A stretch of DNA of 63,594 nt, the filler included, from Phoronis australis (taxonomy: Eukaryota; Animalia; Phoronida), in the NCBI GenBank assembly GCA_002633005.1. It is 6 parts of 6 records of this genome, joined end to end, with 100 filler letters (N's around TTAATTAATTAA, not from the genome) between each part and the next. Parts side by side here need not be neighbours in the genome. Positions count along the whole stretch, not along the records: positions 1 to 17,239 come from NMRA01001200.1; positions 17,340 to 48,096 come from NMRA01001069.1; 4 more parts are not named here. One strand, 5' to 3'. This document shows positions 9,817-22,754 of this stretch, piece after piece (within the stretch, counting starts at the first letter, position 1; every line of letters begins with the position of its first letter). The notes under the pieces are model-generated. The model made no database searches. It worked only from the letters and a program-made list of their open reading frames with translations, and had not been told where the DNA came from. The position numbers and the translations under genes were made by a program.

Positions 9817-10423
9817 GTATCCTGAGCAGGTCGTGACCTCAGTGACTCCACCAGGAGTTGACTGACAAATTCGTTGGAAAGATTATCAACCTATTGCAAA
9901 TCCACCCCTGTATGCATCTTCTTTCTTGAAGTTTTATTCTTCTTAAGTTGTTAGTATTAAGTGATTATCTTACAATTGGTGTTCATGTTGTTTCTTGAGA
10001 ATTGTTCTTGTTTTCGATATAATTTTCCAGTTTGGAACAGTCTCTAAAATTTACAATAACAAAATTCAGGCCAATTATGAATTTTCTGGATTCTAATGAT
10101 TGGAACGTGGGCGATTTTGGCACTCGTCATATTTCTCAGACAATAATCGTAGAGTTTTGAACAAATAGAGTCTGAATATAGTCATAACAGTTTTTAAAAT
10201 AAAGTAAAAGATAGCTGGCGACACAACGTTTTCATGCGTCCCTTAGTTTTTGACATCAAGGTGAATGGTCGTATGTTGCTGACTATCATTCTTGAAACTG
10301 AAACGGCCAGTATTGTCTATTTCTAAAATTTGCTCGAGCTACACTACAACCTTGAGCAAATAGTAAATTTTCTGTTTCCCAAATCGGAGAGTTATTGTAA
10401 TGTTGTCAGTTGAGTGATCTTAA

Positions 10424-12109
10424 AGGCGAATGCCACCCGATTTAATTAGTCCTTTTTGCCGTCTTAATCGGTCTATTTCCACATCGCCTCGCATACGGTC
10501 GACCTTACCTTGCCAAGAGGTGTCGCGTTAACCTGTGAGGAAGGTGAGAAACGACGCTAGCGACGTCAGTGGTTCATATGCAGAGTGAATGCCGCTATGT
10601 TGGGGTGTATCGTTCCCGCTTGTCCGAACTAAGCAGCCGGGACGAAAGCGAGTATATCGTTTTTTTACTTCCTCGAGAGTCCGAAATGCTTAGGAAGTGG
10701 CTCATGGTAGTGAAGAATGAAATGTACGCTGTAAATAGCAAGTAAGAGGCCGTGAAACATCTCCGTGTCTGTGGCCTCCAGACGACGTCGACAGTGCCTC
10801 ACGAATGCCCGGCTTACCAAATAACTCCATACGTTCCATTGTCTGAGCTTGTTCACGGCGCCTCTCTAGTATTTCTTCATCACTGTATTCCTGTTCGAAT
10901 TGATAGCCTGTAAAACTTAACGATCCACCTGCGAAGTCGGGACTGATGAGCCGCTCTAGCTCGTCCTAAGTCAGGATTGCGAGTTGCCATGTTTGGCGTT
11001 TATTACTGAGCGTTCTCACTGTTTCTAAATGAATTATTCTCACCCTAACCAATACTTATATAAAACTGAAACAAAGTCTGTCTCATTAGATGCAATTTTT
11101 AATGCCTTTGGAGTGTTCGTGAGTGCACGAAATGATTTGAGAAGCCAGCAATGAATAAATCACTGCGTTACCGGCTTTAGGTGCAATACTGAAAACTAAT
11201 TGACGGGACACCGAGGCCATGTGAGCTCGTGCTAATTTAGTGTTTGCTGGCAGAAACTGTTGTGAAACAACTCGATTTCCATCCCACGACCAGGTGTTAG
11301 GGGAATCTTTATTTACATTTACATTACTCAAATAATGATTGTCAATGTACAACTTCTGCCCTGACGGTGCTGTGTCCCAAGCGGAACGAATTCGCGGCCC
11401 CCGACGAGTAAGTAGATTTGCAGTTTCGTGGCTAATTCACCAACATAATCACGTGCACATTACTTTGGCTCACTAGTATAGTATTTTCTTGACTGGAAGT
11501 TTAGTTTCCACTGAACTTTGGCTGGTTTGTTCGTGATGTCTGATCATTTTCCGAGCCACTGGTAGGGAAAACGAGTCAATCCGGCCGGCCGCGACGTGCC
11601 TGATCGGGCTTCGGAGCCACTGGCCAGGATAACAAGTGTTTTGTGTTTAGAACTCAGAAAATCACAAGTCTAAACAACACAGATCTAGGTTCTCCTGTCT
11701 GTATCTCACGGAAAATACTTCGAAATTATCTGCGCTCAGGCCAAACTCCTGCTACGGACCTTATTGGCCTGCCGAACTTTGTAGGCTACGATGTGTCCAA
11801 ATACCAATAAATCCGTAACAGTGAAATAAAACAACTTTGTAAGAACTCGGTGTATTTTTAAGGGTTTTACATCGAAATTTGATGATTTATTGGTGTTAAA
11901 CGATGACTCCAAGCGATAAGCTGACACCAGTAACCCGTGTTGTGAACTGCTGAACTGAATGCGTGTGAAACCGATGACGTAACTGGATAATTTCAACACC
12001 TCCGTCTGCCGTCAGGTGTCAGGTAACGCAACCGCACGTGTCGTTATGGAGTAGAATTACTCGATCTAAATTGATACAAATTAGGTTGTTTTTTGGGTGG
12101 CATGCTCCT
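10424..12109. mobile_element. Non-autonomous Kolobok-type DNA transposon
   Basis: TTAA on both sides (10420-10423, 12110-12113); 15-bp TIR AGGCGAATGCCACCC versus AGGAGCATGCCACCC (13/15); no transposase ORF. Confidence 0.75.
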
Positions 12110-12906
12110 TTAAAGATTTTCTGGTGCTAAGAATTGCTAAGTTTAAGGAATGTTATGTTATTATTGTAATGTTTTTTGATTCCAAGGCGGCCATGTTGTT
12201 TGGCATTTGCAGTTAGTTACTCAGTAATTGCAAATTTCTCAATGTTCGTAATGGTCTAGCATTAAGTTGGAAGCGATTATTTTTTAACCATACTTTTCTG
12301 TCAGTTGCTCTGCATTGAAATGCCGTTATCGTTTGAAACATCAACAGAGACCTGTGACTGGGGTACGCCACATGAGATTGTATTTATGTTTTAGGGTTGT
12401 ATTAGACTTAAGTTTAAAACTGTTTTGGTTCTGATCTGAAACTTTTGAGCAATGTTGATTCGTTATTAAAAACATTTATAAGTCGATTTCAGAGAAATGT
12501 TTATTACTCTGAACTTAATTGCGTTAGTACACTAAGATTGAAGGAATTTTCCAGCTACAATTTCTCATTTTCTAACCTTTATATTTATAAACAGCTCCAA
12601 AAAGTTAGTAGTCTTACTGTCGGATGCAATATTGTTTCTAGGAAATTGAATGAGTCATCATAGTGTTTCCGTGTTCGCAGGGACTTGTGATATTTTCTTA
12701 AAACCTTTTCCACTATAAAATGTCCTTGGTTATCAGCTACATCAAGTCATCAAACATTTCCTGCTGAATAGTACGCGAATAAATTTTTATTAATTTTCTC
12801 AGTTTTAGGGAAATTTGGATAAAAATCAATTTGCTTAGTAATTTATTTTGTTTGCATATTTATGTTTTTTAACATATCATATGTATGTCAGTGCTTCATT
12901 TCACAG

Positions 12907-12970
12907 ATTGTACTCCATCACCCTGTCGTATGAAACAGTGCCAAATAGGGACTGGACTAAGATCACTTAA
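12907..12970 (+). CDS. Terminal coding exon of the same unidentified host gene
   Basis: tttcacag acceptor; reads (R)LYSITLSYETVPNRDWTKIT*; followed by an AT-rich 3' UTR with AATAAA near 13400. Confidence 0.6.
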
Positions 12971-13385
12971 TCTGTGTGTTTGTGTCTATATTTACTTACA
13001 AATGTTATCTGTTTTTCTATCATTTTGTCTTTATTGTGGGCTCCTCTTTGACTCAATGACATTTTCTAATAACCTAAAAGCTGAGCCCTTCTGTCAGACA
13101 GTGAAAATATGAATGGACTTGGTCCTTAAATTAGTGTCTGTTTGCATGAAAAGATCTCTACTCATTTTCAATAACATTGAGAATTCAACATAGAATTCAC
13201 TCTTAGTATTTATCAAAGCCAAAAATAGACTGAGAAGAAAACAGCATACAAAGGACAATAGGTGTCTCCACAAATGCCATAAAAGTTCATTGATGTTGCT
13301 GATTCCATATTTGGGACTGTTCCATTCAACTGGACACTGGTCACTGCACATGGTGTTCTTTTCTTACTAAAGTTTTATATTTTGT

Positions 13386-13545
13386 ACATTGTTTTTAGAA
13401 ATAAATAAATTGTGGAAGTATCTTGTTAATTTGATTTTTTACATTGTTTTAGAAATAAATAAATTGTGGAAGTATCTTGTTAATTTGATTTTTTACATTG
13501 TTTTAGAAATAAATAAATTGTGGAAGTATCTTGTTAATTTGATTT
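13386..13545 (+). repeat. 54-bp tandem repeat x3 containing AATAAA
   Basis: Unit ACATTGTTTTAGAAATAAATAAATTGTGGAAGTATCTTGTTAATTTGATTTTTT at ~13386, 13441 and 13495. Confidence 0.95.
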
Positions 13546-14088
13546 CGCAGTGCCATTCACAGCAATGTAGTTTTCATTGAATATCCAAATATATACTGGA
13601 CAGGGTACTAGAAAGTTAAGTATAATGCAGTCGGCTTTGACATGGTATAAAAACGTGTTGTTTGTTTAACACACTAGTTTTCCCAAATACTCTAGGTCAT
13701 TTGATTTTGTGCGGAGTGTATCATCACCCTGGGTCATGATTTGTGAAAATTGACTTAATTAAGTTAGAAATTTGGTCTTTGGGAACAACTATTTCTGAGA
13801 ATTAACGGAAAATCTCACTTGTACAAAAGTGGGAAGTCTGAGAATATACACCGTGCTAGTTACCGCGAAACTTTCTATAAGTAATTTCTAGACTGAGATG
13901 CGCGCATAACTATTCTGTAATATTGTCAAGTGGTAGCGTAAGGTTAACTTTCTGCCTTGAGTCGTTAATCACTTTCATGAAACAACCTCCTTCTGCCCAC
14001 ATTGCCCTCACTCTTACAAAGAAGTAAATATGGCTGACATGGCGGCTTTGGGGAGCTCGACAGACGTCATCGTTATGCTTTTGTAGTG

Positions 14089-14280
14089 CAGTGGCGGATC
14101 TACGTTTTCAGTAATGGGGGTTTAGGATTCCCGCAAAGGTCGAATCCGAGGCGCGTGGCGCCGAGCGGGGGCGGGGCGGAGTTTGGGAGGGGTAAACCCG
14201 CTTCCAGTGTAAGACAACTTTTTTGTTTTTGTAGCCAAATAGTGAAATTTCCATGCATCCTGGTACGTTTCTGACACTTA
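14089..14280 (+). mobile_element. Dispersed non-autonomous repeat beginning CAGTGGCGGATC (right end uncertain)
   Basis: Second copy at 1-77. Related terminus at 20589 and 42032. Confidence 0.65.
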
Positions 14281-15407
14281 ACATGTCCCTGGAGTTTTTC
14301 TTAAGATAATTAAAAACCCTTCTCGATTTCGTCACATGAACTTGGCTCATAAGTATCGTGAAACCATATTTGTGCACATCTGGGTATGAGTCACACCACC
14401 AGCAAAAATTTTTGTTGGAACATCTGCTTACACACACCTTTTAGTGGCATACGAAAAAGTGTGGTGTGTATACTGGGGTTTAGACAACTACCAAATATTC
14501 AAGAGCATAAGGAGCACCGACGGGGCGTAAAAACTTGAATATGAGATGATCGCAACAGCCTCAAGCTGTTTAGGAACGAAGACCTGTTACGAGAAAAACT
14601 GGCGAACGATGGTGCTCTCAGCTCATAGTCTATTATTTAAAGCGACAATAAACAATTAAGTATCACTTTATTAAGCTGAATCATGTTGCCAACAATTGAA
14701 AAACGTCAAATATATCAGGAAACAAATCATCTGAAAACAGTTTCAAGAAACCAAAACACTCTGTAGGCCTACACCGTGGTGAAAAGATATACAGGAGCAG
14801 TTCGCAGAGGGACCAGATGTACACTGAGAGTACACAAAAACTCTGGCCTGGTCCGTCACGAGACCAAAAGTACACCTGTGCTTATTATCCCTATAAAAAT
14901 AGTCGATCTGCCGCGGGACCAAACAGTACTGGCTGAGATAAATAGATTTACAAAGAACACTTTGGTAACAAACATCACAAGACTAGTTCGCCGAGGGACC
15001 AGAAGTACACTGAAACTCGATATCTACACAAATCAAGCTGGCCTGGTTCGTCGCGAGACCTAAAGCGTACTTCGCAAAAAACTTTGAATTGAAAACTTCT
15101 CTCTAGACTTCTTTTAATCCCCAGTGGTTGCTCATACGTGTAGTTTACATATCTGGTGGTCAACTGCTGCGAGAGGTTGTCTAGGAAGGGTTTTTGCACC
15201 GTTCTGTAGAATTAACTGGAAGAAACAAGTATTGAGAACAGATTTAACTGTGCGCTCGTAGACCCTCTGCTGTACTGGGTAAATTTGGCGTGTCCAAAAA
15301 TAATTTCTATTTCGTTTTCATTGTACGCAAGCATAAAAAACCGACATTATTACAAACTGTGTATAAGTATAACTTATTATCTGGGTGTTTCTCCGGGAAC
15401 GTTGGTC

Positions 15408-17239
15408 TGTTGGAGGATGATCTCCATGATGTATTTTAAATTACATAAGAAATTGTATAAGAATTGCATAAGAGATTGTTGTATAAGAATTGCATAAGAA
15501 ATAGTTGTATAAGAGATAATTAGTGGAATGCTATAGTCTTGGAATGCAGTTTTGCTATATCTTGCCTTATATGGGCACGCTACTTGTGTATATATATTAA
15601 TGCGATCATATAATAAAACAGTCTGAAAGATAGTTTCTTGTACAGAAACATGGTGTTCTTTTATTAACCGGCATATCATCCTGACCATTAAGTCCAATTC
15701 GTGCGCAATGTCTCACCAATCATCAACAGGTTATGGGCCCAGGAAGTGCTTACTGTTTGACGGCGATGAAAGAAAATTTGACTTATGGCAGGTGCGTTTC
15801 TTGGGACACATGAGACTCCAGAAACTGTACGACATAATCACAGCTTCTGAGTCTAAGACAGTGGATGCCAACAAAAATGCCGAAGCGTTTGCGGAGCTAG
15901 TTCAGTATATAGATGATCGCAGCCTATCGCTGATTATGAGGGACGCGATAGATGATGGAAGGAAAGCTTTCAAAATTTTAAAGGAACACTACCAGCCTAA
16001 AGGGAAACCGAGGATCATCACGCTGTATACTGAACTGACCTCCCTAAGCAAGGACTCGACGGAGTCGGTTACTGATTATATTATCAGGGCAGAGAACATT
16101 GTTGCGGCTTTAAAAGAGACTGGTGAGACAATCAGTGATAGTCTTCTGGTGGCCCTGGTATTAAAGGGACTATCGGCGCAATTCAAACCCTTCACGGCAG
16201 TCATCACGCAAAAGGAGACCGCCCTCACTTTTGCAGAATTTAAAGTGGCCCTGCGAAATTTTGAGGACACTGAAAAGGTCCACGAGTCTGGTACCCATAC
16301 CGTATGGAAAGTTGACAGCAAATGGCCTAAACAGACGTATCCAGGTGGGGCATACAGAGGCGACTTTCAAGGTACATGTTACATATGTGGTACGAAGGGA
16401 CACAAGGCGTCAGAGTGCAAGAAGCCCAAAAGTGGTGCGAGAATTATAAAAACTCTACCCATTCAACTGCGGTGTGCCGAAGAGGGATGACGACAAACAA
16501 GACAAAGGACAGTGCCAAGTTGGTGATGCAAACAGACACTGGTCCTGGGGACAATCCCAGACATCATGTTGGTAGTAATGATGCATGTCATAATTGTCAG
16601 TCTACTGTAAAATGTGAGCGGGAGGGAGACAATACCTGTGATGACACCTCTGAGAGTAAGTCGCATTCTTTTGTTTTCAAAGTTAGCATGATTGATGCCA
16701 CCCAGTGGCGCCTCTACTCATATTGTCAATGATGAGTCAAAGTTTACCTCATTTTGTCAAAATTTTGATCCCGCGCGTCATTACCTAGAGTTGGCAGACG
16801 GCAGTAGGACCAATAATTTAGCTCTCAAGAGGGGTGACGCATGTATAGATCTTATTGATGGGAAGGGTGCTCTCCATAAATGCATGTTGAAGGATGCATT
16901 ATATGTCCCATCATTTTCCCAGAATATCTTCTCGGTCCAATCAGCTGTTGATAGGGGTGCTAAGGTTGAGTTTAGCAAAGATTCAGCTACGTTGACGGCG
17001 AATGGTACAGAGTTTCAGATCAGGAAACGTGGCAAATTTTATTACTTAAATAGTGTGTTTTCTCAAAAATCAGCCAAACACACTCTTAAGGAGTGGCATG
17101 AAATTTTAGGGCATTGCAATACTAAGGATGTCTTGAAATTACACGATGTTGTTGAGGGCATGGCATTGTTAGACAAAAAGGAATTTGACTGTGGTCCATG
17201 CCTCATTGGTAAAATGACCCAGAGTTTCAACAGAACCCC
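15408..17239 (+). mobile_element. Ty1/copia LTR retrotransposon, 5' portion, cut off by an assembly gap
   Basis: 5' LTR TGTTG (15408; alternative start 15477)...CAACA (15728); PBS GGTTATGGGCCCAG at 15729-15742; gag, protease and integrase zinc finger follow. Confidence 0.92.
15708..17239 (+). pseudogene. gag-pol: Copia gag-pol (gag, zinc knuckle, protease, integrase HHCC); frameshifted
   Basis: FDGDERKFDLW, DDGRKAFKILKEHY, ESVTDYIIRAE, CYICGTKGHKASEC; SGASTHI, LKDALYVPSFSQNIFSV; WHEILGH...CGPCLIGKM. Confidence 0.9.
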
Positions 17240-17283
17240 NNNNNNNNNNNNNNNNNNNNNNNNNNNNNNNNNNNNNNNNNNNN

Positions 17284-17295
17284 TTAATTAATTAA
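17284..17295. other. Artificial contig linker TTAATTAATTAA inside N-runs (also 48141, 54507, 57898, 60435)
   Basis: Identical six-frame-stop 12-mer centred in similar-length N-runs five times. Confidence 0.95.
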
Positions 17296-17875
17296 NNNNN
17301 NNNNNNNNNNNNNNNNNNNNNNNNNNNNNNNNNNNNNNNTGATTGGCTCAAGAGTTCGGTAATGTCCGGAAAAGAGATCGGATGTATCCGTTATTACAGT
17401 TAGTAGAAATAACGCAAGGTGTCGATACTGAAATCTAGTCTCGAACCCATCCTACCGATCCTACCGTCAGTCTTGAATCGGCGTGATCATTCACCGCAGA
17501 TGCCCAGAGCGACATCTGAAATGCCACGGTGGCGTTAAAGAAGCGTGGAACGCGAAAAAAGACCAAATTTTGCATTGTTCAAAGCGGTTCTTTGCCACTG
17601 AAATCTATCTATTTGCTTAAACTTCTTTAAAAAAGAATGTGTGACCACTTTAGTGAATCACAATGATTTTCAAGAGGGCATAGCCGGAAATAATTAGCCT
17701 ACGCGAAATAAAATACAGAGAGCTATAAACAATCAGAAAAGATTAATGAAATAACAGATTAGTTACAAATTAACTACTATGTACAATTAGAGGAATAAAT
17801 AAAACAATATAGAGTAAAATAATGTTGATCAGAGGCCTAATACAGTCCCGAATCGCAAACAAAATCGGCAGACAG

Positions 17876-18605
17876 TAATAATAATGATAATGATAATCAT
17901 AATCATAATAATAATAATAATAATCATAATTATAATAATAATAACAATAATAATAATAAACTTTATTTTAAGAGGATAAAAATACAATAAATGTAAAACA
18001 TGCTTTAGCCAAAGGCTAATATCCAGAATGGTCCTCTCAGTAGCAAGAAATTAAATTAATTAAATTAAGTTAGATAAACAGATTAAATTAAGATACAATA
18101 AGATACATTAAATAAAATAGTATTTAAAAATTGGATAAACAAATTGAATAAAAGGTAAATAAATAAATAAAAATTTTTGGAATATACTGATATTGGAAAG
18201 ACAAGAAGGTAACTGATGAGGTGATGTCTGCAATTATCATAACAATCAGCATCCTTAAGACTATTAGGCAAATTGTTCCACTGTTTGATGGTCTGAATAA
18301 AGAAGGACTTAGAATAAAACGATGTTCTGTGTCTGGGCAAAACCAAATTGTTTGAGGCAGAAAATCTTGTCCTGATCTGGTGGCTATTTCGAACAAGTAC
18401 GAGATTATGAGATAGATAAGTCTTTACATTACCGTGAAAGCACCTATGCATCATACACAGACGCTTATATATAAAATATTTGTCAATAGGGAGCCACCAC
18501 AGTCTATTAAACATTTGAGTTGACGGAGTGTCAAAAGGCACACCTAGAACAAGTCTGGCCGCCTGCTTTTGAGCATTCAATAAAGAGGAAACTAATTTTG
18601 CATTG
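17876..18605 (-). mobile_element. 5'-truncated CR1/L2-group LINE with (ATT)n tail
   Basis: ORF2 C-terminus QKQAARLVLG...LWWLPI...HQIRTR...YSKSFF...WNNLP, then 3' UTR, AATAAA and an ATT microsatellite tail (17876-17958). Confidence 0.85.
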
Positions 18606-18720
18606 CATCATGTATTTCTGTTTGAAGGCGTGGACGATGGGCGTGTAAAGGATACTTTTACGGAATTTAGCGTTCCGTGCCTCTTTAAGTTATCTTTCCG
18701 CAAATATCAAATACATGAGA

Positions 18721-18880
18721 GCACCCAGGGGAACTCGGGGGAACGCACGAGCACCCCCATTTGGCGAAGTGGTCAAAAAGGTCCACTGGCCCCGGCCAGA
18801 CAAACAAAATGTCCGAAGTAGTAGAAAAAGATAAAACGTCCACTAAAAAGCAGATCCACAATTCAGAGCTCTGAACGCAG
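18721..18880 (+). repeat. Dispersed repeat; second copy at ~55862-56040
   Basis: Both sites share GCACCCAGGGG...CCCCATTTGGCGAAGTGG.CAAAAA.GTCCAC...CACAATTCA.AGCTCTGAACG. Confidence 0.75.
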
Positions 18881-20588
18881 TGCCGGATCTAGGATACAAT
18901 ATGGGAGGGGCCAACATTTTGCCTCGGGGAATTGGGCAAAGCTCGAGTGTATGTGCAAAGTTGTCCTGAAAGTTGCGGGGGCCGGGGATGTGGACCTACT
19001 GTTCAGAAAATCTATCGGTGCACTAAAAAAAAAGAAAAACGGGAACGTGACTCCGCCGCGAACTGGGGTCTGCCCACCCCATCCGCTACCGGTCCTAGTT
19101 ACTGAACTCAATATTTCCTCGAGCTTCACGCCTCCCNNNNNNNNNNNNNNNNNNNNNNNNNNNNNNNNNNNNNNNNNNNNNNNNNNNNNNNNNNNNNNTC
19201 ACGCCTCCCCCCCCCCCCCTCCCCAATCCACCTATGCTGAGCGTAAACCGTTTTTTAGCAAAAGGTAAAAAATTCGCCCATGAAATATAACATGAACAAA
19301 ATCGCCCTGAAGCTTTACTGTGCTCTTCACTTCTCATATGGCGTGTTTGAAACACCACATAATTATGGCAATTTTGAACAAGTTAACGCAAAAACTCTTT
19401 TTCATTTTCCTATTTCTGTAGTTTTGTTTTGGCGACTAAACAACACAAATCATGCCTTAGGTATCGGCGGAAGAACTGAAAACAAGAATGACCAACTTAA
19501 TTAGCGGGAAAGCTCGGGAGGTCATAGTCATCAGATAAATATAAGAAACATATTTATTGTGGAAGTATTTTTCGATTAAATATCGTCCTGATTGGTATTG
19601 TACTGACAAATCACAGTTAACGTCCCCAACTTATCACTTGGATTATGACTCAAATTACGCCAGTTTTATCTGCCTAACGGGAATTCCGAATACGGGCACA
19701 TGGGTGAGTGTTTGAAGAGCGACTTTGGCAAAAACGTCACGTGAAACCGAATAATGATACAATACAGTACGCTCGGGCGTTTTTTTCGGAAAACGGGAAG
19801 TATTTTCAGAAACACTTTGTTATGCAGTCCTTCTTAAACACAAATCATTGATGACTTTTTTAATAATTAACTCGCCAAACACAGTGCGTTAAAACATTCA
19901 TTGCCGTACTTTTGAATTTTTTTCAGAAAATACGCCCGTGGAGTTCTCTTTGGATGGGCTTATGGTCGGCGGAATTCCCTGCTAAGAAGAGGCTACAAGA
20001 AACTGAACTCTTGATTTAGAATACTGACATGCCGCTCTAAATTTGGATTCATTTTGTTCCTTTCGAAGACGAAAGGTGATTTAGGGATTTGCAAGGAAAC
20101 AGCAGTTCATTCCAAACGAAACACCATGCTTGGCGTATGACAAGCCGTGATAAGTAACTGGGTTAAAATTTAAAGAGGCTTGGGATGCGAAATCTTGTCT
20201 AAATTATCTTTTAAACAATTCCTGAAAAAATACTATCTTGCAACGTCTAGTACAGAGTAACTGACTTTCCCCTGTGAACTTCGGAAATTTCCAGTGAAAA
20301 TCACGAAATTCACGATTTTTTTGAAATACGCGCGAAGGAAAAACACAGTGGTTACCACAGAATTTCTAATCTCCCTTCACTTATGATAAATGAGCGCAAG
20401 CGCTCACAGTCGGTTGCTTGAAATTGCTCGAGGTCAAAGATCGCATTTTCCATTTGAGGGGAATATGCTACGTCTATGCGTTGCCATACCAAATAAGGTC
20501 ACGTGCTTAGCTTTGTGGGAGAAAAATCGATGAAGTGGCACGCAGTTGACAGATCGTTTATTTTTTGAAATTTGAAACTAAAAGAAAA

Positions 20589-20906
20589 CAGCGGCGGATT
20601 TAGGGTGGGGCAAGGGGGCCATGCCCCACCCCTAAAATTCTACCAGATATCGTTTGGCAGTTCGGGTGCGAATTTGCTGACTAGCACATGCGCGCAACCC
20701 GGCCAGGGGTGCTCGGGGATGAATAAACAATGCATAGAACCTTAACAAACCCGTTTTTTTTTAGTCAAACGGCCCGCAAACCCGAAAATTCGAGACCCCT
20801 GCATCCCTACATTTTAGGCTGGGCGCGCACATCTGCCGACATTCTGGTTATTGGTTATTCCTGTGCCCTGCCCCCTCCCCAACTCAAAATCCTGGATCCT
20901 CCCCTG
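20589..20906. mobile_element. MITE with imperfect TIR and possible 5-bp TSD
   Basis: CAGCGGCGGATTTAG ... CTGGATCCTCCCCTG; GAAAA on both flanks. Confidence 0.65.
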
Positions 20907-21719
20907 GAAAATGCTTTGATCTTTTCGAAACAACCCTAAAAATACCTAGCAGGTTGGATTCTGTTTCAGTGGCGGAGAACCACTTTCAATATTTAAGTTT
21001 AGTCTGTTTATCGCGTTCTAGGCCTCTTTAAATTCCGACGATTATGGTAATACTCTTTAAAAATTTTCATGCATACTTACATCAATTGTCCTTTTTATTT
21101 TTTTACTTTTGCCATAGTCATATCTGTCTGATTATATGTCTTTCTTTGTTTGTTGTATTGTGTTTTACTGTATTGTCTATTTTGTGAACCGTCGTTGTTA
21201 AATAAATCAAAAATCACCGCCAGTACTGCCACACACAAAATGGCTGAGACACCAGACATTTGAAGACTGCGACCTTCGTTACTACTAAACTACATTCGGC
21301 ACTATTTAAAAAACAAAAATCGAATTGGGCCAATTCTCATCGCAATTTTCCGGGTCCCCAGATATTCCTGACCGGGCCAATAGCAGGTTTTTATTTCCGT
21401 TACCATCTCAAGTCTCAGGCAATGCCTTAATGCAGTGTTTTCGAATTTGCAAATTTAGGGTTGTCGAACTCTTGTTTTCTATGAAGAGTGCAAAGAGCAA
21501 ACAATTTTAAGATGTAAAATCCTATTTTGAAAATTCAATGCCGTCTAATGAAATCAACCCTATTTCAAATGTCACGCTAACTACGGGCGAGAGCCCGTCT
21601 CGACACACTCAATGTTTAAACCAATTCTATCTCATGAATCCAGTCGCCAGTTGTATACTAATTCAATCCTATTGAGATAGTTAATGCCTATTCTGTTGGT
21701 GAATATTAAATATCTTAAA

Positions 21720-22130
21720 CTTCCTCAGCTGAGACGCAACATTTGTAGGCTGAAAATGTTTTACAATTACGATAAAAAGTCGGTGTCAGTTAAGTTCATC
21801 AAATCAGATGTCGGCGCTGTTGCGGCAGATTCTGCTCTCTCTCGGCTCAGATCTGGCATCCGTTCATTTCCTGAAGGTTACAACATTGCGGACAGATTAC
21901 TGGAAAAAGACTTTCTGTTGTTTATACCAGGCTATATTACACATCAGCCCCATCTCTTGGCATCTTTTGTCAGCAAGCTATCTGCCTTCTGGGGCCCCCT
22001 TACTGTCCGTGGCTCGGCATTGTCGGGCAAACGACCTAGCCGAGCTTTAAACTGGCGTACACTATGTATTTGTAAATTTGTTATATTTGTTTCTGTATTT
22101 TTTGTTCTTCATTGTCATACAGTGACATAA
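21720..22130 (+). mobile_element. Possible degraded LINE 3' end
   Basis: SALSRLRSG resembles the LINE ORF2 C-terminal xxLxRLRxG motif. A GCTCGGC...GCCGAGC stem and a T-rich tail follow. Confidence 0.35.
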
Positions 22131-22292
22131 TACTCTGGAGATAGTGTGGTGACTTGAATCAGCGGGAAGAGAACTTCGGAACCAGCGGCCTTCATTTGAA
22201 AGTTACAACCCAGAGGCCTAATAGACTCTGGGTTCGAGATTAAGTTAGCTGTGATCACAGTTGCGCCATCTGGCGAAGACTTGTCTTCGAAC

Positions 22293-22330
22293 ATGGCGAC
22301 GTCCTTGTTGGATAGCGTGAAGAACGTGAG
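22293..22330 (+). CDS. Candidate first coding exon MATSLLDSVKNV
   Basis: AACATGGCG start context (also a YY1-like motif) and AG/GTAAAT donor; CTCF-like GCGCCATCTGGCG just upstream. Downstream exons not identified. Confidence 0.45.
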
Positions 22331-22754
22331 GTAAATAGAAGCGTCTAAAATAGTTCCATCTATAGAGTTTTAGTGGACTTTTGGAAACGGTGTGTAGAAT
22401 TTAATAGCCAGATATAGCGTTTCTTATTTTGAGAACCAGTGTAGAGTTTAGTAGCTGTCTCGCGACTAGAAAAAGCTAGCCAAATTCTCGTGTTCTCATG
22501 ATTATTTACACATACAGTCAAGTGACCTAATTATCGGACGTTTTGGCACATTTTGCATTATATTTAATTGAAAATACTACGGATTGTTGTAAATTCTTTG
22601 CTGAAATAAAGAATTACCTTTATAGAATTTTTGTGTTACTATATCTTGTCACCGAAAGCCACATTTATGTTCCGACTGAACTTTAAAAAACACAACAAGC
22701 AAACCTTCGGAGAACCTAAATATCGGACACCATGTTTCCCCATACACTATGTGT

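Noticed and set aside
10940-10980. CTGATGAG as a hammerhead core
   Set aside because: No stem II or GAAA follows.
19501-19985. Academ-like TIR pair (TTAGCGGGAA / TTCCCTGCTAA)
   Set aside because: Match too short, with a competing internal site and no TSD.
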